From Eledone cirrhosa (taxonomy: Eukaryota), in the NCBI GenBank assembly GCA_964016885.1, contig OZ024742.1, positions 85,498,001-85,562,000 on the forward strand: a DNA stretch of 64,000 nucleotides, written 5' to 3'. The translations under genes and the position numbers were made by a program. The notes below the pieces were generated by a model. It saw nothing but the letters and a program-made list of their open reading frames with translations, searched no databases and was not told where the DNA came from. This document shows, piece after piece, positions 1 to 12,278 of this stretch. Positions within the stretch are counted from its first letter, which is position 1. Every line of letters begins with the position of its first letter.

Positions 1-1850
1 GCGTCCAGCACGAAAACCAGATTGACTTTCAGGAAGAACACAATCTGCAATGTGTGTCAGAGGACGGTCCTGAAGCACCCTACATAAAACTTTCCCTACG
101 ACAGAAAGCAATGATATACCTCTGTAGTTCCGACAATCATTCCTGTTACCCGTTCCCTTGTACAAGGCCACCATTACTGCATCTCTCCAGTCCTCAGGTA
201 CGGATTCATTAGCCCATATCCTGCCAAACAAAGAGTGAAGATGTTGCAGGAGTCTTTCACCACCATATTGTAGGGGTTCAGCATGTATGCCATCCGTACC
301 TGGAGACCTTCTACTGTTCAGCTTCGAGAAAGCCACTGCAAACTCCACAATCGTCGGAGGTTCTGCGAGAGCTACTTTCACAGGAATTTCTGGAATGAGA
401 TTGAGGAAATCTTCATTGACGACAGACGGCTTATTCAAAAGATCATCAAGGTGCTCTCGCCACCTTCGTAGAATACCTTGTGAGTCACGAAGATGTTCCT
501 TGCCATCCTTGCTGCGAAGCGGTGTCACCAGAGAAGAAGACGGTCCATAAACTTCACGCAAGAGACTTTACAACAGCTTTGTGTTATTGAAATCTGACGC
601 AGTTTGTATCTCATCAGTCTTTTCACTCCACCACTGATTCTTCATCTGAAAAAGACTCCGCCTAACACGTGATTTCACATCCTTGAATTCCTTATGCAAC
701 GTATTCTTCTCCTGTAGTTTTGCCGTCAAGTAGCGTGACAGAGCACCCCTCTTATTAGCCGACAAGTTTTCTATATGTACATCATTCTCATTAAACCAGT
801 CCTAATGTTTTCTCTGCACCAATCCCAGAACACGCCTGCCTACATCATAAACTGACTTTTTAAGGGTCGGCTAATCCTCACCAAGATTTGCAACCTGCAT
901 CTCTTCTTGCAATGTCCTCTTAACATGTTTATCCTTAAGACGAGCAGCATTCAATCTCTGGACAGGGCAACACCAGGAGCCCGGATTTTACGTTTAGTGA
1001 TTAGTTTCACTTTTGCGCGTACCAGGCGGTGCTCCGTCCAGCACTCAGCTCCACGAAGAGGACGAACACACTGCACATCCTGTCTGTCACGCATCCTGAC
1101 TAGGACGTAGTGCAAAAGATACCATTCCTTAGATGCAGGATGCATCCATGTGGCTTGAATTTGTTCTTTTGTTGGTACATGGTGTTGGTAACACACAGAT
1201 CCAGCTCCTCACACATCTGCAGCAGGTGCATAGCATTGATGTTACACTTTCCCATCCCATGCCTACCGATTACATTCCATGTGTTAAAATCCCTACCCAC
1301 TCTAGTATTAAAGTCACAAAGCACGATGACTTTGTCTGCCTGAGGGATATTTCTTAAAACACCTTTCAAGGCATGGTAAATGGACACTTTTTCTTCATCA
1401 ACAGAATTCATAGTTGGTGCATACACACTCACCAAGGTCGCATGTCTTCCTTTGTCTAGCGGAATTCTCATCTCATGGACATAAGAAGCTCACTAATCTC
1501 TACTCGGAATTCTTCTAATTTATTCACAAGAACAGTCTTAATGGCAAATGGTACCCCAGCCTCTCTTCTGGCTCCTTCATCTCTTCCTTTTCAGAAGAAT
1601 GTATATTCTCCACAAAATTCTGTAAGATGACCATCTCCAGCTAACCTCGTCTCAGATAAAGCCAGGATGTCAAGATCGTAACGTCGAAGCTCCTTTCCAA
1701 AAAGAGCGGTCCTTCGTTCAGGATACTCCAAGGAATCCCTGTCAAGCAGCGTCCGTACGTTCCAGCACCCTAGACTAAATGCCTTGTTTGGCTCTATTAC
1801 AGTGGCACGATGTCGAGCGGGCCCAGGCTGTGATAACCTGGGGCCCCTGC
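1..1850 (-). mobile_element. RTE-clade LINE, decayed (APE endonuclease plus start of RT; runs off the left edge)
   Basis: Frameshifted minus-strand segments in order: CWNVRTLLDR..PERRTAL..ELRRYDLDILALSETRL, RIPL..RHATLVSVYAPT, DFNTRVG (APE), then VPEDWRDAVMVALYKG..DCRNYRGISLLSVVGKVL..LPESQSGFR (RT N-terminus). Confidence 0.93.
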
Positions 1851-1944
1851 TCTTATTGACAATTATCTTTTTTATTCCAGAACCTTTAATACCAATTATC
1901 TCTTTTATATTGTTTTGGAACATCATTGAATTGGGAAAAAATAA

Positions 1945-1986
1945 ATAGTAATAATAATAGTAACAATAATAATAATAATAATAATA
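1945..1986. repeat. (TAA)n tract, left half of the Dong insertion target
   Basis: Degenerate taa repeats; the tract resumes at 4698-4765 on the far side of the element. Confidence 0.85.
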
Positions 1987-4697
1987 GCAGAGCCTTGGTG
2001 GAAGAAACGACTGAGTGGTCAAATCAGGGAAATGAGAAATGACATTGGAAAGCTTGAGTCACTACTGAATGGGACACTAAAAAACATAGACACTAAATAT
2101 AGACTGCAAATAAAGTACAAAACTAGGAGGAAAAAGCTAAATATTATCATAGAGGAACTTAAGCAACGCATTGTGGTAAAGAGTGCAAAAATCAGGCGAT
2201 ACGAGAACAGAGTCAGCCAGTATAGACAGAACTGCATGTTCGACAACAACCAGAAGATGCTATTTGGACAGCTTGAAGGGAAAGAAAGAGGCAACGACTT
2301 GATCCCTGAGGCGGAACAAACTAAAACATTATGGAGAGGAATATGGCAGCAGGATGTTAAACATAATGACCAGGCAGTGTGGATTGAGATCAGTACAGAA
2401 GGAGATCAGTGAACAGGCACAACAACAAACTGATTTGAGTATCACAGTTGAAACTCATAAGGGGCAGGCCAAAAAACTAACCAACTGGAAATCACCTGCC
2501 CCAGATGGTGTGCAGGGGTATTGGATTAAAAACATAACATCCCTCCACCCTAAACTGAACCATGTTCAATGACTGCTTGATGTCAAGTGAGGTACCAGAG
2601 TGGTTGACAAAAGTTACCACAGTTCTGATAATGAAAGACCGAATCAAGGGTAATGATGTTACCAACTATATACCTATCACATGTCTGTCCGTAATGTGGA
2701 AACTGTTGACAAGCATTATGTCTGAGGAAATCTACCATCACCTCCACACAAACAACTTGTTACCGGACGAACAGAAAGGATGCCGAAAGAATTCACGTCG
2801 TACAAAGGACCAGTTACTTATTGATAAGATGGTAATGAGGAATTGCAAGAGGAGACACACTGGTCTTGCCATGGGATGGATAGACTACAAAAATACATTT
2901 TACATGGTGCCTCATTCTTGGATCACCAAAAGCATGGAGATCTTCAAGGTGGCAGATAACATCAGACAGTTGTTGGGCAAAAGTATGAAGTCCTGGGAAA
3001 CAGAGTTAGCATCAACTGGAGAATCCTTGGAAAGCGTGAAGATCAAGAGAGGTATATTCCAGGGAGATAGTCTGTCCCCTCAGTTTGTCCTTGCCCTGAT
3101 GCCCCTGAGCAGTGTACTGCGAAAAGTGAGAGCAGGATACAGGTTGGGAAAGGGAGGGCTTACCCTCAATCACCTCCTCTTCAAGGACGATCTTAAGCTC
3201 TTCGGGAAGAGTGAGAAGGAGTTGGATGTGCTTGTTGACACTGTCTGTATTTTCAGCAATGATATATGTATGCAATTTAGTATTAGCAAGTGTGGAGTCA
3301 TTGTGATGAAGAGGGGGTAAGTTGAGCAGAAGTAACGGAATCCAGGTACCAACAGGTGAAATGATAAAGGAAATTGACTCTGAAGAAGGATACAAGTATT
3401 TGGGCGTTCTCGAGACTGATGACATCAATAACAAACAAATGAAGGAATTCATAAGAACTGAATACATTCGGAGAGGAGTAAGGAGCGTATTAAAGTCACA
3501 TCTGAACAGCAGGAATGCCATAAGTGCAGTAAATTCCCGTGCTGTGTCTATTATTAGGTACAGTGCGGGAATTCTGAGATGAAATGTTGCTGAACAAAAA
3601 GAAATGGATAGGAAGACTAGGAAGCTATTGACTATCTACAACATGTTCCACAATAGGAGTGATGTCGATAGACTCTACTTAAGGAGATCTGAAGGTGGAA
3701 GAGGTCTTATCAGCATAGAGGACTGTGTTCAGATAGAGAAACACAACCTACACAAATACATGACCGACCGTAGTGAGCTAATGCTCACAATTGTACTGAA
3801 GGAGAGAACAATAGACCAGGGGATGTTCAAGGAGGAAATAGCAACAAGGAGGAAGAACAACCTTCATGAAAAATCCCTTCATAGTACCTTCTTTGAGAAA
3901 ACTGAATTCAGAGATGCACAGACATGGAACTGGTTGAAAAGAGGAGACCTTAAAAAGGCTACAGAACGAATGCTAATGGCTGCGCAAGAGCAGGCACTCA
4001 AAACGAAGTGGGTGAAACACCATATTTACAAGGAGCAGGCTAGCCCCCTGCGTAGGATATGTGGAGAGAGGGAGGAGACTGTGGCTCACATTGTATCCGA
4101 GTGTAAACACCTAGCCCAGAATCACTATAAGGGCTGGAGACATGATGTGATGGGAAGGGTGATCCACTGGCACCTATGCAAAGTAAACAATTTACCACAA
4201 TCTGAGAAGTGGTATGAGCATAAGCCAGAGCCGGTATAGAAAACGATCAGGTGAAGGTGCTGTGGGATTTTAGGATACAGACGGACAAGAAACTTGAACA
4301 CAATAGTCTGACCTGGTCGTTGTGGACAAAGAAAAAAGATCGTGCCTGATTGTGGATGTGGCCTGCGCATTCGACACGAGAGTGCAAGAGAAGGAGAGGG
4401 AGAAAATTAACCGATGCCAGGACTTAAAGTGGGAGGTAAAAAGCATTTGGAACTGCCATGAAGTCAAAGTGATTCAGATTGTCATAGGCGCACTAGGGAC
4501 TATCTCAAAAAGTTTCCAGGGATGGTTTAAGAAAATTGGCCCCTTCACGCTTTTTGGAACGCTTCAAAAGGCATGCTTGCTTGGAACAGCAAGAACCCTC
4601 CGATACGTCCTGAATATCTGAGGCTGCAGGTAGTGGCTTGATATTCATTTGAACAAACTTTCCAGTTAACTAACATCAATGACTGAGACTCAAAGAG
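1987..4697 (+). mobile_element. R4/Dong-clade non-LTR retrotransposon (RT, CCHC finger, restriction-like endonuclease), 5'-truncated and decayed
   Basis: [53 protein letters not shown] (RT); RICGEREETVAHIVSEC and RHD; RLE segment D..VVDKEKRSCLIVDVAC..EK; stop at 4621; short 3' UTR; TAA tracts on both flanks. Confidence 0.92.
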
Positions 4698-4765
4698 TAA
4701 TAACAATAATACTAGTAACAATAATACTAATAATATTAATACACTATTAATAATTATTAATTAAT

Positions 4766-5213
4766 GATTTCTTTATTGGCCACAAGGGCTGACATCAAGA
4801 AAAACATTACAGACGGCACAGGACGGTACAGTACGGTACGATGTGGGTTTTGTGCGTGTAAATATTTTTATTATTTATATAAGAAAAGAAAAAAAAGGAC
4901 ATAGAAACATATATATATATAAACAATAAAAATGAAAATTGAAACAATTAAAAATTCTCCAATAGTGGAGAATCCTCCGAGGGTTACTCGTGGCGAAAAC
5001 CACACAAAAGACCACGGCCACCCTGACTACCAGGGCTGTGCCTTCTCTCAATTATTCCATTTCTCAAACTACAGACGTATATTCAGAGCGGTGCCGTTCA
5101 CTCGGACCATTCTCGCTACATTCACCCACCTTTCAACAAACTTGCTAGAAGGCAGCACTTGCCTCTCCACCCTGATTTTCCTCCTCAAGTGAAACTTGAA
5201 AAAGTTAATTAGG
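4766..5213 (-). mobile_element. 3' end of a Tx1/L1-like LINE with AATAAA and (ATT)n tail
   Basis: Minus frame LINFFKFHLRRKIRVERQVLPSSKFVERW resembles an ORF2 C-terminus; the UTR ends cccttgtggccAATAAAgaaatc followed by (att)n. Confidence 0.65.
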
Positions 5214-5529
5214 AATATTTTTAAAGTGAGGAAAGACTGTACACTGAGCCAATCCCACTCTCTGAGCGACAGTAGCTATAACCCGAAAAGAAGAAAAGAT
5301 CAACACCATCGGTAACTACTGAGCCGCAGGTTTTATGTCGGAGTTAACCCAGTTTCCTGAGATGCCTTCTCCCAGAAAAATTACCTGACAAGGGCTAGGG
5401 GCTCCTCACTCCCAGTGGTTTAACTGTGCGATCTGGTATCCAGCCCGATTATTTCTATGTCACCGCGCATAAAAAAAGTCACTTATTGACACTTATACGT
5501 ACGACACTTATACCTACGACACTTATAGG

Positions 5530-5813
5530 ACCAATTAGAATGTTGTCTACATAACCCTTGGTAAGCTATGGAGCGTACGGCTGTTTGCATGATAAAATCA
5601 AATACATCTCTTGGATAAACAAATACATCCCTCATTTACAATGTCATTAATCTATCCACTAAGTTATACATGCATATATAATTCATATATAATTCATTGC
5701 GCCACCCTACATATATGTAGTTTACCCAAGAGATGTATTTGATTTTATCATGCAAACAGCCGTACGCTGTTCCATAGCTTACCAAGGGTTATGTAGACTA
5801 AATTCTAATTGGT
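5530..5813. repeat. Fold-back element: ~90 bp inverted arms, ~100 bp spacer
   Basis: 5530-5620 (accaattagaa..gtctacataacccttggtaagctatgga..catctcttgg) is the reverse complement of 5720-5813 with few differences. Confidence 0.9.
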
Positions 5814-6323
5814 TCTTTGATATGTTTTGAGAGTAGACTGTATTTACGGTGAATTTTGATATAAAGGTATAGCACTTTGTGTGGGAAATTTAATTATAGC
5901 GCTATATAATAAGGAATAATCAACTTACTATAGACACCTTTAATACATTATGATAGAGTAAACTGTATTTAAAATTAAATATCAATATATAACCTTTTAT
6001 ATAAAGGACTCAATTGAAGCACCATATAATGTATGTTAGAACAATGAATTTAGTTATGATAATCAGCTAGTTACCTCCCCTTACGCATTAACTCCCCTTA
6101 ATTACACACCTACTTCCGGATAATAAACCACTGACAATTCTCGCAGCAGATAGAACCCGTTCTATAAATATTGATTAAATAACACTGAGCCTCAATACGT
6201 TACAATTATTTATTACATCAAACATTCAATACGAATTCATCGTAACGTAGTGATGGATGTGATAACTATAACTTCCTTTTTCTGAATGTGAAAATGGTGG
6301 TGGATGCGAACACTATAAATTTA

Positions 6324-6440
6324 TTTTTCTTTTTCTTTTTCTTTTTCTTTTTCTTTTTCTTTTTCTTTTTCTTTTTCTTTTTCTTTTTCTTTTTTTCTTT
6401 TTCTTTTTCTTTTTCTTTTTCTTTTTCTTTTTCTTTTTCT
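6324..6440. repeat. (TTTTTC)n microsatellite
   Basis: Direct reading. Confidence 0.95.
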
Positions 6441-6683
6441 GCACACATACTTTTTTGATCTATACAAACATACCCTCCCACTACAACCACCATAATACTC
6501 TTGCTTACCCGCTTAAAGTGCTTGTATTACATGTAATACCTTGCCACACAATACTCGTATATAAATGAGACACACTTGCATGCTCGATGTATGACTAACG
6601 CATACACTATCTACTAGATCTGATTGTCGAACTATCCTCTTGCATTAATTGTGCTATCTGCCGCATGTATTTAAATTTTAATT

Positions 6684-6903
6684 TTGATTTTAAACTTGAA
6701 TTGCTATACAAATATAGTATAGTATAATATATATCACTCCACTGTACATCAATATACATATATGTATCTGTATGTCTCTTGCGTTGGATAGGAGGTCAAT
6801 TATATGTACAGGCATTGAAATATGCTCCGAAGAATCCAAGCCTAGGTTTGGATGAAACAATTGTAAGTGAATAAAAGCTTTGAACATCGATTTGATTCTT
6901 GTG

Positions 6904-6907
<4 letters not shown>
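6684..6907 (+). mobile_element. PLE pLTR-like repeat with hammerhead motif, copy 1
   Basis: Near-identical to 8854-9075; ends in (TA)n. Confidence 0.75.
6823..6869 (+). ncRNA. Minimal type I hammerhead motif (U4C variant)
   Basis: tgct CCGAAGA ATCCAAGCC-ta-GGTTTGGAT GAAA CAATTG TA agtg; stem III is palindromic, stem I is weak. Confidence 0.6.
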
Positions 6908-6955
<48 letters not shown>

Positions 6956-7530
6956 ACTAGAAATTAATTAACATATAAATAAACATGAATAATATTTATA
7001 TATCTATATCCAAAATTAAGATAAATCAAAATTATGGGTGTCATGCCAGAAAGACAGGCGCCATATCACCCGCAAAATAAGCTCTAAGATTCTAACGAAT
7101 AGCATTTTATAATAACTAGAAATTGATTAACATATAAATAAATATGAATAATCAGAGGAGATAATTTTTACAAGTGTGTAAGCACACATAGCTAGGTAGG
7201 TAACTAAATAAAGTTAACCAGAACTTCAACAATAGATACCTTATAATATGATTAATCTTCCCTGTATATATTCCATTAAAGATATATATTTCACCAATTA
7301 ATCGAATGGTAAACCACGGATGCCGATACTTGGATTTTCAAAAAGGAAGAAGTTTCAGCGATCTATGTTTACACTTCAAGTTCAAATCAGCGACTGGCCA
7401 GCAACATGTGCTGTATCTACTAGAAATACACACATCATACCAGCTTCGTCCCAGTGGCGTGAATAGGGTTATCGACAACTAAAAACAGCAGTCAAGTTCC
7501 TTCAACAGAGTTAGCTCTACAATTTATCTT

Positions 7531-7562
<32 letters not shown>

Positions 7563-7664
7563 GATAGATGAGGAAAGCGCACCATAATTTGCTTTGGTGT
7601 CCTTGAAATACGTATAATCAAATAAATATGGTTTTATAAATATACTTTCAATTTGTGAATATAT

Positions 7665-7712
<48 letters not shown>

Positions 7713-7731
7713 CGTGGGCGTGTGTGTGTGC

Positions 7732-7776
<45 letters not shown>

Positions 7777-7781
7777 TGTGT

Positions 7782-7864
<83 letters not shown>

Positions 7865-7890
7865 TGCATGTATATATATATATATGTATA
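7665..7890. repeat. Compound (TA)n-(TG)n microsatellite
   Basis: Direct reading. Confidence 0.97.
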
Positions 7891-8359
7891 AGGGAGCTTA
7901 TAGATAGGACAACACACGCTGTCTTTTCGTGGGATAAGTTTTTAATTAATTTTTGTATTCTGAAACATCAAAATACAACAACTGGCTGGACTCGAGAATA
8001 ACATGACAGAAGTTTGTGGAAGTTACACAAATATTTTCGTATATTTTGCCAGGGCAATCCTTAAAGGCCTTCTCCATTCTGTCCGCCGGGTCTGTGGGTG
8101 GGCCCCATGGCGTACCAATACATTAGTCAAATCCAATTATTTTACATTTACTTACATCTCAATATAACATAACTAAAATTCAAATTTTGCAAAGAGAAGA
8201 AAACGGACAAATGAACTAGATACATCTCACTTGCCCCCGCCACCACAATAACGTCTACACTATCTCCCCACCACCACCACCACATTTACACATGTCATTA
8301 TCCTATCGATACTAAAGTCACAGACCTGTTGTCAAACTCTCTACTCTGTGTTGAATGTG

Positions 8360-8415
<56 letters not shown>

Positions 8416-8419
<4 letters not shown>

Positions 8420-8552
8420 AACGCGTAGGACCCCGACGGCTGAGATCAGCCGTCGGGGTCCTACTCGTTCCTATTACCCACTCTAATACCCTACGTATTG
8501 AGTACTTTGGTGCGTTATGGTCCACCTGGTTCCTTACCACATTTCTTCCATT
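8416..8552 (+). mobile_element. Short pLTR-like remnant with a 28-bp snap-back hairpin at its 5' end, between (TA)n tracts
   Basis: 8416-8443 pairs with 8446-8473 (1 mismatch); the body is homologous to 63536-63642. Confidence 0.75.
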
Positions 8553-8853
8553 ATATATATATATATATATGTGTGTGTATGTATATGTGTGTATACACAT
8601 CACTCAGTCAAACGACCAGATTTCAACCCCAGCATCTACAACAACAACACCGGCACTAATGTTTACAGCAACAACAGCTTCAGAATGAATTGAAATGAAC
8701 ATTTACAACAACAACAGCGACAAAAAACAAAAAACAAAAAACAAAAAACAAAAAACAAAAAACAAAAAACTCAAAATAACAAAACACACACATACACACA
8801 CACACAACAAACTACAACATCAAGTGCCAGTATGTATGTGTGTGTCGGACGTA

Positions 8854-9075
8854 TTGATTTTAAACTTGAATTGTTATCCAAATATAGTATAGTATAATAT
8901 GTGTCACTCCACTGTACATCAATATATATATGTATCTGTATGTCTCTTGCGTTGGATAGGAGGTCAATTATATGTACAAGCATTGAAACATGCTCCGAAG
9001 AATCCAAGCCTAGGTTTGGATAAAACAATTGTAAGTGAATAAATGCTTTGAACATAGCTTTGATTCTTGTGAATT
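8854..9075 (+). mobile_element. PLE pLTR-like repeat, copy 2 (hammerhead GAAA changed to AAAA)
   Basis: Direct repeat of 6684-6907. Confidence 0.75.
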
Positions 9076-9232
9076 CTATATAACTGCTCTGAAGAACAAA
9101 TGATGTTCTTACATTGAGCTATTTATTTTACTGGTAATAGGGTAGTAATAAATTACTGATTTTCCCTGTTTATAGTTTAAAATATACATAACTATAACAA
9201 GTTTAAAATATACATAACTATAAATAGTATCC

Positions 9233-9272
<40 letters not shown>

Positions 9273-9370
9273 ATATATATCACGATGTTTATATTTAATG
9301 AATAATTGCATACAATGACCAGCAATAAACAAACTGACGGCTATCCCGGAAATGAAATATCATAATATAT

Positions 9371-9554
9371 AATTGTTTCTACTTTAGGCACAAGGCCAGC
9401 AATTACTCAGTGCATTACTGGTACTTTATTTTATCGACCCCGTAAGGATGAAAGGCAAAGTCAACCTTGGCGTGATTTGAACTGAGATTGTAAAGGGACG
9501 TAACGTGCTGGAAAGCATGGCGTCCGACACTCTACCGATACTACCAATCCACCA
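9371..9554 (-). mobile_element. tRNA-derived SINE
   Basis: A-box-like tggtagtatcggtaga, B-box gttcaaatc, core gcctttcatccttacggggtcgataaaataaagtaccag; matches the copy at 62409-62590. Confidence 0.9.
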
Positions 9555-9754
9555 ATATATAATGTAGTTCTATATATAATAGGCACTAGGGACTTCCTTA
9601 TGTAAAGTTAAATTGTACACAGATGGCAGCCCCGATACTAATGTCATTTCCCTCGCACCAATTATATTTACATTTCAGTTTATTGTGAGCTACGTATCTA
9701 ATCAATTTAACTGTTAGTGTAGCGACCGCGTGGTTTTTTAATTATTAATTGTCA

Positions 9755-9983
9755 AAGCTCATCCTTCACGTATAATGTGGCCTCATTGACTATACTTACT
9801 CCAAATTATTGGATTGTTTTTGTTTCATCATGTTATCAATTTGATGAGTGATTATAGTCTGCTCATAAGTATGAGCATACTATAAGCACACATCAAATTG
9901 ATAACATGATAAAACAAACAAAAATCCAATAATTTGGAGTAAGTATAGTCAATGAGGCCACAGTATACGTGAAGGATGAGCTT
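9755..9983. repeat. ~230 bp near-perfect palindrome
   Basis: Arms aagctcatccttcacgtata... and ...tatacgtgaaggatgagctt meet at gctcata-agt-atgagc with almost no spacer. Confidence 0.93.
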
Positions 9984-11014
9984 GGTCTCTCTATATGTAT
10001 GTGTCGGTGTAATGCTAATTCACAAGCTTCTTTCATATTCGTGTATGTGTATCTAGGAATGTATGTTTGACGTTATGAACTTTTTCTGTATGTCTTTTTT
10101 TCTCTTCTCTCGCGCATAATTAGGTGGTTTTTAACTTATTTTCCATAATGTGTGTGTGGGTGTGCCCGGAGTCTGTGTGTCTGTGTATCATTTTAAATTT
10201 GTTATTATATATGCGTATATTCACCTCCGTAGCTATTATTCCATTCATGCTTTCAATATGTGGTGCTTCCTTAATCTGTCTGAGCACTGCATCTGTTCTA
10301 TGTTTAGATATTTTTTTATTTCGATATATTCTTGTGCGATCACTTGTTGTAGTTTGGCAAGTTTGTCATACACAAGTCATTTATTTTCGTTCTGGAGTTC
10401 TCTTCAATTCTCCTCGCCTTTGTAATGTATATCAAGCCGTCAACCCTGTATAAGTGTTGGTCACCTTTCTATATTGTCCCTCTCTACATCTTATGCTATG
10501 AACTCCAATATTAGTTTTACAGTATAGCTGTGAGCTCACTTTGGAAATCGTTAATCTGTATTAATATTATAATTGCAAATTTAATATATTTCCTCTATTA
10601 GAATTCAGAAGGGCATATGCAATTATCTCATGGGTACCAACTCCATATATTGATATAAAAGGTTTTGCTTCGTTTATAAAAAAAATCCCGGTAAATGTAT
10701 AGAGATAATTATTGCCGGTGTTTTAAGTGTACTTATTTGAGAAAATATTATTAAAAGCAAATAACCTGTGAATAATGTGGAGATTATGTGAGAATAAACT
10801 AGATTTTGATTAAATCTATATTAAAGAAAGTTAAAAACAGGAGACAGAGGTGTGTGAAAAGAGGAAAGTAGAGGAATACCAGCCCGTAGAAATAGGGAAG
10901 CTGAGTGGCATTCATTTGGGAGTAGTAGTCAAAGAGAATTCAGGAGAGAGATAAAACTGTCTTGAATTGTAGTATTTTAGAAAGCGTTATATAAAAGGCA
11001 CGGTGTATGGAAAC

Positions 11015-11061
<47 letters not shown>

Positions 11062-11064
<3 letters not shown>

Positions 11065-11330
11065 CGTTTCTGAATTTGTTTAGCAAGATTCTTTATCTGA
11101 AATCGTGTGTTGAAACCGATATTGTTATACTTTGGGAGGGTCATGTTGCCAATAAGAAACACACGCACCAGTTGCGACACTTCAATTTATTATAATAAAT
11201 GTATTATAATAAATTTATAATAAATTTATAAATTTCTGGTTGGTTGGTTGGTTCCACAACCAGATAGTTGTTTATATATTGTCATAGTTCTTTCGTCACA
11301 CACTCTGTGACCTCTTCAGTGACTGGGGAT
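11062..11330 (-). mobile_element. PLE pLTR remnant (family also at 28905-29649 and 53680-53974)
   Basis: Shared gaaatcgtgtgttgaaaccgatattgttatactttgggagggtcat; abuts (TA)n; carries a hammerhead motif. Confidence 0.7.
11281..11323 (-). ncRNA. Minimal type I hammerhead ribozyme motif
   Basis: Minus strand: GTCA CTGAAGA g GTCACA-gagtg-TGTGAC GAAA gaac TA TGAC; stems I and II pair fully. Confidence 0.75.
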
Positions 11331-12278
11331 TCCTTTCTTTGTTTCTGTGCCTCTCCTTTGTTCTGTCCTACGCCAATTTCTCTGAGGAACTGGAATCATA
11401 TGAATTCGAACAAACGAATTTCGGCGTCAAAGCACACTCTCTCATCCCATTGGTCAGTTGTGAGAACATTCCTCAGTCAAAAGTCTATAGAAATTTTTCT
11501 TAGGCAAGGCAATCTGTTGTGGTTGTTTTTGTTAAGTACAGCTGTGGTGTTGGTGTTAGGAGGTCAGTAGTCATGTCAGCTTTAGTTCGGCTGCTGCTAT
11601 GTTTAGAATAATTTGTGTGTGTGGGTTGGCATCTATCCTGCCACCAATTCCCGTGGTGGTGGCGATGATGGGGGGTCAAACAGATGAAGAAATAAGATAA
11701 TGTAAAATGGAGAAATAAAAGAATATAAGGCAATAAAATGAAGAAAATAAAAAATAAAAAAATAAAAAAATAAATAAACAAAAAAATAATAAAATAAAAA
11801 GAATAAGATAAGAAGAGAATAAAATAAAATGTGTGTGTGTTATAACCAATCTCAAAGTTTGTAAGATTTGGAAGATATTGACCGAAGTAGAAAGGCTGTG
11901 TGTCAGAATTGAGAAGTGCAAAGAATTATAATCTTTACACTATCATGGTGCGGTGCGTTTTAAGAGCAATTGAGAGAAGGGTGGAGAGTAAAACACCAGA
12001 ACCCGAGTGTTAAAATCCGGATATGCAGAGGACTACAATTCCTATTTCGGCATAGAGTACATATGCGTGTATATCAACTCACATCGTTCCAAGCACACAC
12101 GCACAAGCACGTGCCCAGGTGCATCCCCTATGAACACACACACACACATTATAAACCCCCCACCCGCACACACAGACACACAACCACATGCACAAATACA
12201 CCCCCTCACACACATCTAAGTATCTGTGCATGTACAATCTTAAATAAATGTATCTATGTATGGTCATATGCATAAGTA

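Noticed and set aside
7648-8001. ORFs of poly-HT, CV, YI, LS, E or K here and throughout (e.g. 23546, 35149, 37538, 48102, 55157)
   Set aside because: Translations of microsatellites; no coding signal.
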